A DNA stretch of 64,000 nucleotides from Octopus vulgaris (GCA_951406725.2 OX597814.1:106020001-106084000); one strand, 5' to 3'; shown: positions 41,300-55,334, counted from the first letter of the stretch. Program-made: numbers and translations. Notes: a model not told the origin generated them from the sequence alone.

Positions 41300-41470
41300 C
41301 ATCGAAAAATACCTTAGGAATGAGAACTCAGGTTCGAAATTTTCCCAAGACACCTGATGAAGGCTGGAGGTATATGAGCCGAAAGTTTGTGTTAACAACA
41401 AACAAGATGAGGACAAATATCCGTCAAATGTAAATAATGTACATAATTCCTCATCTCTTAAGTATAGAAC
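41143..41470 (+). mobile_element. tRNA-headed SINE-like element (family D) with internal (AAT)n and hammerhead motif
   Basis: A box tggcgtagcgg, anticodon-arm-like ggctactaacc and B box gttcgattcc, followed by (AAT)n at 41220-41296 and a hammerhead at 41350-41392. Confidence 0.75.
41350..41392 (+). ncRNA. Type I hammerhead-like motif
   Basis: ACAC-CUGAUGA-A-GGCU-(11 nt)-AGCC-GAAA-GUU-U-GUGU. The core is intact and stems I and II pair, but stem III is AGUU instead of ACGU. Confidence 0.7.
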
Positions 41471-42164
41471 TGTATGTTTACTGAAGACAGGAACCATCTG
41501 CGAAATACACTTTGGTACGTTATTTTGTTATATACCCAGAATGCAATCCCCTCCTTCCGGTTTTTCTATTTCAGAAACTTTATTTTTTAATAATTCTGGT
41601 GATTATACAACATTCTTATGTCTCCCTCTTTTTTCCAATCAAGAAATTTATATTTAATTGTTAAATACCTTTATTTCTATCCAATTTTACATGAAGATGG
41701 AATATTGGCTTTCCAGTTTGTCTTTGGTAACGAAAATATTAACATTTTGACTGAGTTTCCAGTCAAAATTATTATTTCCGGGTATGCGGGTACTTTGAAA
41801 ATACCTCACAGAGTGACGAATGTGCGCTACATTGTTATGAGTTGCCGTTTGGCAAGGCGTAACATCCATTCAGCCACAACTTCCAGGGGTACGGCGAAAC
41901 CATGGGACTGCAGCATGACAAATTGTGAAGAGGCAGCAGAAGAGCTCAACTTACATTGATGTTGAGCGGAGGAATTGTAGAAGATCAAAGTCATGTTTTG
42001 TTTTCTATTTGACCATTCGTTAAAGAGTCTTTCGTTCTGTGTTATATGGTCCACTTTATTATATATCCAACTAAATAAAAGATGGAAAGCCTGTCAAAGC
42101 TGCTTCGCCGGAGCGCTGATTCCAACTTGATCACCAGATGATGTTTATAGAAGAGAGCAAAAAA

Positions 42165-42388
42165 GGCTGGCAGAAACGTTAGCACTCCGGGCGAAATGCT
42201 TAGCGGTATTTCGTCTGCCGTTACGTTCTGAGTTCAAATTCTGCCGAGGTCGACTTTGCCTTCAATCCTTTCGGGGTCGATAAATTAAGTACTAGTTCCG
42301 CACTGGGGTCAATGTAATTGACTTAATCCGTTTGTCTCTCCATGTTAATCCCCTTTGTGTTTAGCTCCTTGTGGGTAGTAAAGAAATA
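42165..42388 (+). mobile_element. SINE family B copy with 16-bp target site duplication
   Basis: tatagaagagagcaaa occurs at 42146-42161 and 42389-42404. Confidence 0.9.
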
Positions 42389-42606
42389 TATAGAAGAGAG
42401 CAAACGAATTATTTGCCGATGTGTGCTGATCTGTAAATAAAAGTTCATGGAGCGCACGCGAGAATACGAACTCGCATCGACTAAAGAAAAACAATAGAGA
42501 TTAGATATTCACGTTCGAATCTGGCAGAGCGTATGAAGAACGAATAGATGCGATATTGTTCCAAATTAAGTGAACTTGAAATCTATACAACATTCTCTAA
42601 ATGTAG

Positions 42607-42838
42607 TTATTTTTTTTACTACCCACAAGGGGCTAAACACAGAGGGCACAGACATGGACCGACAAACGGATTAAGTCGATTATATCGACCCCAGTGCGTA
42701 ACTGGTACTTAATTTATCGACCCCGAAAGGATGAAAGGCAAAGTCGACCGGTGGAATTTGAACTCAGAACGTAACGCCAGACGAAATACGGCTACGCATT
42801 TCGCCCGGCGTGCTAACGTTCCTGCCAGCTAGCCACCT
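42607..42838 (-). mobile_element. SINE family B copy with 18-bp target site duplication
   Basis: aacattctctaaat(g/a)tag occurs at 42589-42606 and 42840-42857. Confidence 0.9.
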
Positions 42839-43799
42839 TAACATTCTCTAAATATAGCCACAGTATCTCCACACTGCCGAACTATCGACAATACAAACGA
42901 GAACTAAATGGGGGACTAAAGAAGATGATATCGAAATATCCACAATAATTATGGTTTATGACTTTCTGTGTCGAGATTGACAAATTCTTGTAAAAAAAAA
43001 AAAACATTGCTTTACAAAAAGGAAAACAAAAACTACAGATTTTGTAAAAGATCTTCAGAATCTACCTACCAGATCTACGTGACAAAAGCTATAAAACTGC
43101 ACGAAGACACCCAATAAATACTCTTCGAAAATTGAATTATATAAACGACAGGTGATAATTTCAGATACTACTTCATAATTTAAGCAGCAAAGTATATAAG
43201 CTAATGTTCTATAGACTTAGAAGAGCACATTAATGTAAACAGTCGCAATTATATCGGAATGCAGGGACATTAAATCTTAGACGAGAAGGAAAAAAATTAA
43301 GAGACCAGGAATAAAAACAAAATAACAGTGATAAGAAGTCTGGTGCGGCTTGAAGAGAGAGAAGATAATCAAGAGAATCAGATTGGTAGAACTTAAAAAT
43401 ACACACACAAAAAAAAAATCTTTGCCTAAGGAGCGAAGTTGTTAATCGTTTGGGGGAATAACGAAGAATGTAAAAGAGATTGATATCGAAATAACGTGTT
43501 GCAAAATTGTTGCGGTTTCCTTTATTTATTACTTACGAATGTAAAAGGACACAAACGAGAAGTCATAAACAGCAGGACGTCACAGCTTCCATGTAGGATA
43601 CAAAGGGGAAGTGTGTGTGGGTGGGTGTGTGTGATCATTTTGAAAAGCGGTTGTGATTTATAGGCCTGCACAGGTTCTAAGGGATGAACCGTTTTTACCT
43701 AGGTACTTCTGTATAAAATGATACCTTTAGAAGCTAATGGAGTTGATGGTGAGTCTATCAGACATAGGTGTATGAAGGCAATCAAATAATATTTACGCA

Positions 43800-44018
43800 T
43801 ACGAGTTTCCTTCTGTTTTTAATTATTTGAAGTCTTCCTCTGCGGAAGGAGCTTGTTTTTAACAAAGGCACAAAGCTCCGTCATTGGAGCGAAGTCACAT
43901 CTTAAATTTGAGAAAAGTCTTGCATAATTTTACTGCTCCACTTAAAGATTGCATTTTTAAGTTGCATGTTAGGTGGTTGACTTTTTTTTCTTCTGAAAAC
44001 CCTAACTTATCTAGATTC
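43800..44018 (-). mobile_element. R4/Dong-type 3' end fragment
   Basis: NLDKLGFSE...SLSGAVKLCKTFLKF, paralogous to the end of the 21010-21720 ORF. Confidence 0.6.
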
Positions 44019-44360
44019 TTTTATTCTTTTGTAAGTTTCAGCCCAAAGGCTGTGGCCATGATGGAGCATCGCCAATATAATCACCTTTTTAATGGCCATT
44101 CTTATGCAATTGACCTTTGGTGAAGGGGGATTTCCACACTACTGCCATTTTGGAGTTTCTTGCCGTGACAAGTGCAAGAAACTCATCTGGGGCCTTGGAC
44201 AGCGGGAGATCAAGTTGTTTCTTGAAAGCATCTATCTCTACTCCATGAAAATCCTTCAAAAAGTTTGGGAAGGCGTTAAATAGCTGTGTCCCCTTGAATC
44301 CGAAGCTGCTGCAGTACATGGTCCTCACTCTAAACGGGAGAGATAGGACCACTGACACTC
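44018..44360 (-). mobile_element. Second CR1-group LINE 3' end
   Basis: RTMYCSSFGFKGTQLFNAFPNFLKDFHGVEIDAFKKQLDLPLSKAPDE aligns to the C-terminus of ORF 34419-35225. The same 3' tail motif lies at 44031-44074. Confidence 0.8.
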
Positions 44361-44487
44361 TGACAGCGTTTATTCACAAAACCAATTGCATAGTATAAAT
44401 TTTTGACTCTATAACCAATATTAGAGGTGTATCTACGGGGGAGGCATTTTTTTTAAAACTGTCAGTGTCCCAGTTTACTTAAACTTA

Positions 44488-45008
44488 CAGATGGAAAATG
44501 TCGGCCCACGAATTGAAGAGATGTTTGGGGACGAGGAGATTTACTTCCAGCAAGATGGAGCTCCTCCTCACTACCATCGTGATGTACGGGCTTACCTCGA
44601 TGCAACAACTCCAAACAAATGGATTGCGAGGGGAGATACCGTTGAATTTCCTGCACGTTCCCTAGACCTCACGCCAATGGATTTTTTTTTTTATGGGGAC
44701 ATCTCAAAGATAGGGTTTACGCCGCAAAACCAGTGACAATTGATGAATTGAAAAATGAAATTCGAATACAATGTCTTGCAATTCCAAATGAAATGTTTGG
44801 CAATGTTGTCGAATCCATTGTTGGACGTTATCAGCTTTGTTTGGAAAATGAAGGAAGGCAGTGTGAACATTTGCGAACACGCAGGAATGAGAGAGAACAT
44901 TAAATAATTCTAAATGTCAATAAATAATCGTTTCTACAACGATTTATTTTCCTGAATTTAATTTGTTTTGTTAGGATTGTATGTGTACATCTTTTTGGGA
45001 CACCCTGT
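44488..45008 (+). mobile_element. Tc1/mariner DD41D-type (rosa/Visitor) transposon 3' part
   Basis: FQQDGAPPH...FPARSLDLTPMDFF has 41 residues between the second and third catalytic Asp. After a frameshift it continues ..LKDRVYAAKPVTIDELK...CLENEGRQCEHL. The terminus is tttttgggacaccctg|ta. Confidence 0.85.
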
Positions 45009-45648
45009 ATATATGCATATGTAAAGGAATTGTAATAAGTCACAAGAATAACCCACGCGTGTGTGTTTGTTTTTGTGTGTGTATGCATGTGTGTGTCTGT
45101 CTGTATCAATATTGTATCAATAATGAACAATAATTATAGAATTACTTTGTTGTTAATCTAAAGTTAAGATATTCAGTGAAATTATAATTCGCATGAGAGT
45201 TAATGTAATACCAAAAGCCATGCTTTGCTGTTACCCACATTTCGTCGAAGTAATAACCGCCATAATATGTGGTTTAGGTGGAATATATCTCCGTTAGCAG
45301 GAGGCGCCCTGTTTCAAGGCGGTTTCAGCAGATTCCTGTGTATTTCTAATTGAGAACGACATGCTTAGGATGTAAAACGTTTTCTGCATAAAATGAAGTT
45401 AGAATATTTGAAAATGCGGGCTGGATGAGGAATATTATACTTACCTGACGCAGTTTTGTTTACCAACGCTTTAATACGTAAGTTTGTAAAAATATATTTC
45501 TATAACAAGTTATGTAAATACTGTAAAATTGATTATTGCTGTTTTGACTTGTGACAAAGTCAAACAAATTTCACCTAGTAGTATTTCGGTATGGAAAAGG
45601 ACCATATTCGATAAAAACTTATATAATTATAACAATAAGGGTTTTTGC

Positions 45649-45748
<100 letters not shown>

Positions 45749-45759
45749 TACGAAAATAG

Positions 45760-46061
<302 letters not shown>

Positions 46062-46084
46062 TTATCGTTGCTATTATGTTAAAC

Positions 46085-46294
46085 TGTCGTATATCCAAAT
46101 TTGGCCAAATGAGGTTTTTTTTCAATATTTATTTTTGCTGACAATAGCCGGGTCTTTTGGTCAAACTATCGTATCTCCAGCTGCTTCAGATGCCAAGATA
46201 TAAAAATTGTCAAAGTGTATTACAACGGTTTTGCTATGGAATGATGAAACTAGCTTTTCGTTTTCTGAAACAGCAAAGTTATGGACTTACGACA
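46085..46294. mobile_element. Possible MITE with short imperfect TIRs
   Basis: tgtcgtatatcca ... tggacttacgaca. No clear target duplication. Confidence 0.3.
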
Positions 46295-46394
46295 CTTTTG
46301 CATAATAACAACGATATATATATATATATATATATATAGGCAGAGTGGGGAAAAAGTGATACATCCTTCATATATAGATAAATACATAGTTATT

Positions 46395-46480
<86 letters not shown>

Positions 46481-46547
46481 TACAGATAGATAGATAGATA
46501 TATACTTACATATATATGTACTTACATACATATGTGTGTGTGTGTGA

Positions 46548-46590
<43 letters not shown>

Positions 46591-47350
46591 TACCAAATAT
46601 ACATCGCTACCATTAATATAGACATCTGAAACTATTGCTAACGGTTCTACCAAATTTTCTATTAATCAATATCTGACGAATTAAAAACAACAAAAAAAGA
46701 AAATAGAGTTCTTTGGCCATTGAGATGCTGGAAGTAGTAGAAATATATAAGTATATCAATGTAAATAAATAAATAAATAAATAAATAGGAGGGAATGCTT
46801 ACAACTAGAACGTTCTTTTATCGTTGATTTGCTCGACCAGGCTTGACCTGGTGTTAAACAACAACGATAAAAATCATGAACTATGGCTAGTTTTTGAAAA
46901 TCATAAAGATGATTGTGTGAGAGTATATTTGTGTGGTGTGTGTGTGTGTGTGTGTGTGCCATACTATTATATTCTTTATCTACCAACAGAAACAAGCGAT
47001 CATTACTTAACATGATTTATTATGCTGTAGGATAATATAATTTTATTTTTTCTACTTTGGAAACTTTTTCATTTTCTACCATAAAAAATAACAACTAAAT
47101 CGCAAAACAACATTGGAACCCAAATGATACATTGTGGTGTGGAAATGTTCGTTTGTCTTTTCGCTTCTTGTTATGGTTATTTTTATTATCCCCCCACCCC
47201 AAGTTGGTGCCCTTGTGGCAAAATTTGAAACCATTGTTATTATTATTGTTCTTCTTATTATTATTATAAACAAATATATACCAATGAGCCTTAGTAAATG
47301 ATATAATACGTATGTTCACACACACACATATATATCGATATATCTATGTG

Positions 47351-47449
<99 letters not shown>

Positions 47450-47545
47450 CCTCAGTCACTTTACGGACAATTATGCTTGTGATTTTGGATGTAAATTGCG
47501 AATGGCAACCTTAATAATTCATCTGTATATCTATGTATATATGTT

Positions 47546-47601
<56 letters not shown>

Positions 47602-47655
47602 CATACATACATACATACATACATACATACATACATACATACATACATACATACA

Positions 47656-47687
<32 letters not shown>

Positions 47688-47796
47688 CGCACATCCAAAG
47701 ATAGATTGACAAATCGGTAGATAGATCAATAAATACATACATAGACAGCTAGATAGATAAATAGATAGATAGATAGATGGATATATAGTTAGATAA

Positions 47797-47832
<36 letters not shown>

Positions 47833-47986
47833 GCAGCTAGATAGATAGACGGACAGACAAACGATAGATAGATAGATAGACAGACAAACAGACGGACAGA
47901 CAGACAGACAGATAGACAGCTAGATAGATAGTTAGGTAAACAGACATACATACAGACAGATAGATAGATAGACGGACAGACAAACA

Positions 47987-48074
<88 letters not shown>

Positions 48075-48425
48075 GTATAGGGATATAATTTAATTATGAC
48101 ACAATGAACAAGATAAGTTCACAGAGTAAAACGGATGAAATAAACTAGAGACATTGGAAGCTGGATGCTACTTGAAGCTGAACATGGAATCTATTATATT
48201 TTGAGATGAGAAAAAAATAATAATTTGTGTGTTGAATGGAGGCGCGAAGTTGTATTGGAACTCTTAATGCCAAAGATCAACAAGTAAGAATGCTTATGAA
48301 TAGATGCAACCACGAACGGATATCAACATCAGGAGGCATGGAGTGGGAAACATTATGACAAAAATGGAATATTTGCACTGGTGTATATGTGTGTGCGTGT
48401 GTGTGTGTCTGTTTGTTTGTTTGTG

Positions 48426-48470
<45 letters not shown>

Positions 48471-49749
48471 TATATATTCATAAGTGAAGTATACACGAAT
48501 ATGTGTGAGTGTATATATATTTACACTCACATACACACACATACTTATATGTATATTTGCATGCATATATACATGTATGTATGCAAAAATATACATGAAT
48601 ATTATATAATCAAATCTATTCATATGTGTGTATAAATTTATATGTAGATACGTAGCCACATACACACATATACATAAACCCTTATCTACCTACCTGCCTG
48701 CCTAGATAAATACATACATTTATTCACCCGCAGACACACATACACAAACACACACACACGCACGCATTTATATGCGATCAATTGCTCCATACCTTCTGTT
48801 AAGTTGAAACCGATACTTCAAGAGATGTTGGTTCCACTTAATTTAACTGCTCAAACCACCCCTCTGATAGAATGTTCTATTTTTAAGTGAAACACCTACA
48901 TCCATTCTTGTGCAAATGTATTGTCCTGTGAAAACATATTCGCTTTCGTACTGGTTTGTCTGGAATTTCATAAAGACTTTTTTTTCCTACAAAATTTGAA
49001 TGGTTTTGGATCTTTGTAAAATGCTTGCTCTCTTTAGAATTAATGTTGAATAGAACTAAATCCATTTGTTGTGAAGCTGTCTATAAGGAACCAAGCTTGA
49101 TCGATGTGCCTGGAGTTCGGTTCCGTGTAATCTATTTATCTACATATCGATCGTATAGATGCGCATGCCCACAAATATTTCTTTCTCTAATCTGTTTATA
49201 CACACACAAACAACCACGCACAAATGTAATACTTCTCTAATAATGCATGCATAAAGGTTGATATATACATGTACATACATATTGAATTAAATGATATAAA
49301 ATATGTGTGTGTGTATGTGTGTGTGTGTGTGTATGAAACAAAAACGATATGAACCAAGAAACCAAATTCAACTTTATAAGAACTGAAAATTCAATGAAGG
49401 ACAAATTAGAAACACGAAAACATGAGAGGAAACAAGGTTCGCCGTCAACAAGCACATTACATGTGTACATCTTCAGCTACCTAACAGATCTCATTATGGT
49501 CTCGACACCTGGAAAGTACCATCCAGCCTGGCTGTGCCAGGAAATCAACAGACAAGTAGCAGGAGATGAACATTAGCGAACTATCTCTACACTTGCTTAA
49601 TATTTCAGAACACAAATATAAACATTAAACCACAAAGATAGATTATTCCCTGTTTATAGCTAGAAAGCACAGAAACCATAAAATATATCTAGGTCTCATT
49701 CTTTTGTTGTTACAATTTATTATTATAATGATGATATATAGAAAAAATG

Positions 49750-50095
49750 TTTTGCCCAGCGTTCACTATTTTCCCCTCGTTCTGATCTAACGACTTTTCA
49801 TGTTTGTTTTCGTTCGGTTATTTTTGTGTGTCTCCACTGTCATGTTTTTGTTCCCAACTTTGACCCTCCATAAATCCTAAATTTTATTTTAGAATTTAAT
49901 GGGAGCAAATGTCAGTAAAGACTCATATTGATGTTGAATGATTGAAATGACGAGTAGTTAGACAGCCGACAACTGATGAAGGTCCTTTCTCTGTCTTGTT
50001 TCTATTTTTTCTTTTTTTTCTTCTTGTTTACGTATTTAACTCGTTTGTTTACGTATTTCATGTTATTTGCACCGTTTGGTAACATCTTGTAGCCA
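49750..50095 (+). mobile_element. Family P2 repeat, diverged
   Basis: actgtcatgtttttgttcccaactttgaccctc, gggagc, caactgatgaagg and a T-rich tail. Confidence 0.5.
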
Positions 50096-50222
50096 TATAT
50101 ATAATAAGGGTGTCTTGTTAGCAATTTTTCTGTCGAAAGACAAAAATATATACGTCACTAAAGCGACTAAGAGCGCTATTCAGTAACAGTACTGCTAAAA
50201 ATAAAAGTCAAAACAACTCATA

Positions 50223-50419
50223 GCCACACTAGTGCACCGTCTTATTTACTGACAAGGGATGTAAGCTCCTTAAGCAGCGAGCATAGCCAGATCATCCGTG
50301 ATTTCGTGTTTACGTGACGGGCTTTAATGTAAATGCGAAATCACTGGTGAGGTAGCTATGCCTGATGCTTAAGGAGCTTACCTACCTTGTCAGTAAATAA
50401 AACGGTGCGTTATTGTGGC
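50223..50419. mobile_element. Hairpin MITE-like element
   Basis: Arms are gcaccgt.ttatttactgacaagg..gtaagctccttaagca / tgcttaaggagcttac..ccttgtcagtaaataa.acggtgc, with inner gtgatttcg/cgaaatcac. Confidence 0.8.
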
Positions 50420-50619
50420 CGTGCTCGCACAAGTTTTATCCTGCTTTAACTTCTTACACTTCAGACTTCTACCTGAACTATCTGCACCACTCCTCATCTA
50501 CATACGAGTATCCCATCCGGGTTACTACTGGATATACATACGGATTTCACTGGAGTCTTCCTTTGATGAAAAATCGCTCCAATACACCTCATTTGAATCT
50601 TTATGAACTTTTTGAACTT

Positions 50620-50800
50620 TCTGTTTTTTCTTACTCTGTTCTTACTCTCTTTTCCCTTCTGTTTCTTTCCTTGTATTCCTTTCTGTTGAAGAGCGTAGGC
50701 TCGAAGCGTAAAAGATTTTCTCACCTTCCCGAGCGTCAAACTAATACACCTGCTTGTTGTTTGTACACCGGTCTTTGTCCTTTGTTTTTTTGCACATTAT
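50620..50800 (+). mobile_element. PLE pseudo-LTR copy with hammerhead-like motif (50678-50715)
   Basis: ccttt-CTGTTGA-A-GAGC-gtag-GCTC-GAAGC-GT-A-aaaga, then ttcccgagcgtcaaactaatac. Confidence 0.75.
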
Positions 50801-50814
50801 ATATATATATATAT

Positions 50815-50845
<31 letters not shown>

Positions 50846-51052
50846 GTATTACGTAAAGGTAAAATCCAAGAATCAAGTCGTAGGAAGTTTATAAGCTGGA
50901 AGAGTCCGTAGAAGGTATAAAAATAAAACAAATTTCAGGAACGATAGTAGTTTATTTACGTAGAAGGTTGGAAGCTTTTACCCATATCGAAGTTCGATTA
51001 GCTGAAAAAATGTTATCTTATAGTTCACGGTTAGCAACTAGGGTTGCTGTGA

Positions 51053-51126
<74 letters not shown>

Positions 51127-51503
51127 ACACGCACACACACATTATGAGGTAAATTAGACTTCGTATATGAAGCCTAAGTCATACCAAGCACAGGAAATAA
51201 CATAGTCGTAAAAACTTCACTTTTCCCTGTCTATTATTGTTATGTTTGGTCTATTATTTTCTAGCTTTTTTGTCTGTTTGAATAGGAAAGTCCCACAGAT
51301 TTTAAAATGTTCCCACTCCAGCATTCTTTCAACCCAATATTCATACCATGTCTCCAACTTCAAATCCTCATTTCTGACTCGGTTTCAAGCGAGAAACGTT
51401 AAGTCACATGGGACCGAATCAGACTGTTCTAAGTATTAATATATGTAACTCTTGCTAAATATATTTGTATGTATGTATGTGTGTGTGTACATGTGTGTGT
51501 GTT

Positions 51504-51544
<41 letters not shown>

Positions 51545-51565
51545 GTGTGTGTGTGTGTGTGTGTG

Positions 51566-52592
51566 TAAGGACTTACTGTGGTCAAGGCTGCGTGGCGTTC
51601 GATTATATATAAATAAAACATTAAAAATACACATCGCGTACAGAACATCCCCAACGAGTAGAAAATACACGTGAGAAAAATACAGGACAAAATGCCAAAA
51701 GAAAATAACTCCTCATCAGTAGTTGGACTGTTCATTACTCCCTATTTCGTGCCTTTAACATCAATATAGGGAACTTCATAAGACAGCAGCATCCGGAAAT
51801 TTTAAACATATAGAATTCATGGAGAGTTAGAGCTTCGAACGAACAATGGCAGAGTGGATGTACAGAATAAACAATTGACGAAGACAAACATTAAGGGCCG
51901 TTAGGCCAAGACGAATTGTAATTGGTAATGCCTGGGAGAAATTTTTTAAGGAAATAGAATAATTAGAAGAGAAGAAAATTAGAGAAAAATGCCAGGAGCC
52001 TAGGAAAATAACAGCCAACCCGGTGAACATCTAGTCCAGAACAGACAGGGGCAAGAGAAATGGCCTGTAGTCACGTGTGAGTAACAGAGGCAGAGTGGAA
52101 GGGGAGACAAGAGAGAGGATGAGGGAAGGAAACAAAAGGAGTGAGGAGAAGAGAGAAGGAACGACAGATAGTAGGGAGTGGAAGAAAGAGAGATAGGGGA
52201 ATCAAAGTTATAGTGGAATAGAGAGAAAGAAAAAAATACAGTGTGCAGTCGTAGAAATTATATAGAGATGTAAGAACTTACTATGGTCAAGGCGTTCAAT
52301 TATAAATAAACTTTAAAAGATAAAAGTGCACATTGTGTACAGGGCATCACCAACGAGCGAAAAATGCGTAAAAACACGAGAGAAAATACAAGCAGATATG
52401 AATTTTATATTTTTAAAATTTCTGGATGCTGCTGTCTTATGAAGTTTCTATATATTGTCGTTAAAAGCACGAAATAGGGAGTGGCAAACAGGAGTTATAT
52501 TGTTTTGGTATTTTGACCTGTACTTTTCTCTCGTGTGTTTACGTACTTTTCACTCGTTGGTGATGTCCTGTGCACAATGAGTATCTTTTATT
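51566..52592 (-). mobile_element. Family P2 element with partial tandem and inverted terminal repeat (Penelope-type architecture)
   Basis: 51566-51690 is directly repeated at 52273-52395. 51625-51803 is repeated inverted at 52415-52592. A purine-rich spacer on the plus strand lies between them. Confidence 0.7.
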
Positions 52593-52652
52593 TTATGGTG
52601 CTCCAGCATGGCCGCAGTCAAATGAGTGAAACTAATAAAAGAATAAAAAGAG

Positions 52653-52732
<80 letters not shown>

Positions 52733-52855
52733 CCTGACGAGTAGCCTGCGGTATACTTAGTAGCACCAGGTAGTGTTATTAAGCTAGACATGATCTCGGT
52801 CACAACTGGCCGAAGCTTATCGAAGTATCAAAGTATACATATATATGTACATATT

Positions 52856-53068
52856 CTTTCATTCTTGCACTTGTTTCGGTGATTAGATTCCGACCATGCT
52901 GGGGCACCGCCTTCAGGAATTTTAGTCGAAAGAAACGACCCGAGTACCTATTTTGAAGCCAGATACTTATTCTTTCGGTCTCTTTTGCCGAACCACTGAG
53001 TTATGAGAGCGTTAACACAGACAGAAAGACACACACATACATACACATACACACACGCACGCACACAC

Positions 53069-53145
<77 letters not shown>

Positions 53146-53280
53146 CACGTCGGGCCTCTTTTAGTTTCCGTCTACCAAATCTATAGCAGTAGACACTTAC
53201 TCAAGGTGCCACACGGTGGGACGGAACCCGAAACCATGTGTTTGGGAAGCAAACTTCTTACCATTCAGCCATGCCTGCGC
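52856..53280 (-). mobile_element. SINE family A copy (also an isolated plus-strand tail at 52597-52651)
   Basis: ccatgctggggcaccgcc, ttttgccgaaccactgag, internal (CA)n(TA)n and cagccatgcctgcgc. Confidence 0.8.
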
Positions 53281-53941
53281 ATATATATTATATATATATA
53301 TATATATATCTGTATGTATGCGCACACAACACACACGCACTCATACACACACATATGGTTGTCTTTGCAATTTAAATTCTATTATGCTAAGCATGTGGTT
53401 GATTTTCTTTACATTCGGTGTGTCTGTGTGTGAGTGTGTGTGTATGAGAGAGAGAGAGAGAATGAGTGAAAGAAACTTTTTCATTGTTGCATAATGGCCC
53501 TCCCTCCATCACCTGTCAGTACCACTACAAACATAGACATAAATATTATTATCAAGCAACAATATTAAACGAATCCATCATTTTTCTACAGAGTCACCTG
53601 CCACAAGAAAACAAGCGATTAGAAATGCTTTCGAAACGAGGGAAAATTTAATTTGTTGATTTATATTTCATTTTTGTACAAAAAAACATGCTTTTGAATT
53701 TATTAAGTAAAAAAAATATATTCATTATATTTAATACAATACAAGTAAAAAAAAATGATCATTTTGCGTTATTTGAGCGATTTAATGAAAATTTTATTTA
53801 ATATATTTAAATATATTTAAATGTCATTTTTTAAAAAATATATTTGATTTAAAAAACACTTTTTTATTCAGGTTTAATGGAAAAGGAAAGGAAAACGAAA
53901 TTATTATATATCAATGTATGCATATGTGTATATATATACAT

Positions 53942-54076
<135 letters not shown>

Positions 54077-54096
54077 CTACATATATACATGTAGAC

Positions 54097-54192
<96 letters not shown>

Positions 54193-54645
54193 GTGCATAC
54201 ACACAGATCGGTAATCTTTAATTTTACTTCGCAACACACGCATTCGAGAAATGAAATATGTAGATTTTTTGGGGTGTAAAAACTGCAGAAGCTTGTATGA
54301 AATGTAGATTAATTTTTAGATTAATGGTTAAATAGAAGATGTATAGCTGAGTGAGTTTGATAGATGGCTGGACGAATAAGGGGTAGATTGCTGGGTTGAT
54401 GGATGTATGGATGGATTGAGAGAAATGGGCAGCTGAATTGATATATTGATGAAAAACAGGCAGATTGTGATCGATGGAAAGATAATGATATCGTCAGACA
54501 CACTGTTAGGTTGAGAGGGAGAGATCTGAATGAGGTAAACTTAGAGAGGTATTCAAATATATATATACATATATACATACATACATACATACATACATAC
54601 ATACATACAAACATATATATATATATATATATATATATGCATGTA

Positions 54646-54689
<44 letters not shown>

Positions 54690-54729
54690 CATATACATAT
54701 ATATATATATGTATATATATGTATGTATG

Positions 54730-54801
<72 letters not shown>

Positions 54802-54822
54802 CATATAATATATATATATATG

Positions 54823-54855
<33 letters not shown>

Positions 54856-55023
54856 TTTTGTATTCACATAAATGGTGGATACATACACACACTCATTCAC
54901 ATATATGTATATATACGCACTCATAAATGTATGTTTGTGTGTGTATATATATTTATATATATACATGCATATATATATATATATATATATATATACATTA
55001 AACATTAACACACACACACGCAT

Positions 55024-55055
<32 letters not shown>

Positions 55056-55293
55056 ATATTCATGTATGTATATGACTTACACTATACACAAAATATAATG
55101 AATCTTGACTATAGGGTAACATTACCTCCAAATTCATACCTGATCCCCTAGGAAGATGCAGGTGAGAGCGCAGAAATTGGCACAAAATGTGACAACGGAA
55201 GGTTGTGCAGGAATAATGTTCTGGATACGGTCTGACTCTTTTAGAGTGAAAGTTATTCAGTTCTGTAGCAAAGACCTTCTGCTGTTCAGCCCG

Positions 55294-55334
<41 letters not shown>

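Noticed and set aside
52730-52803. CUGACGA with possible stems (tgacc/ggtca, tagc/gcta)
   Set aside because: GAAA is replaced by GACA and stem III does not pair. At best it is a decayed hammerhead.
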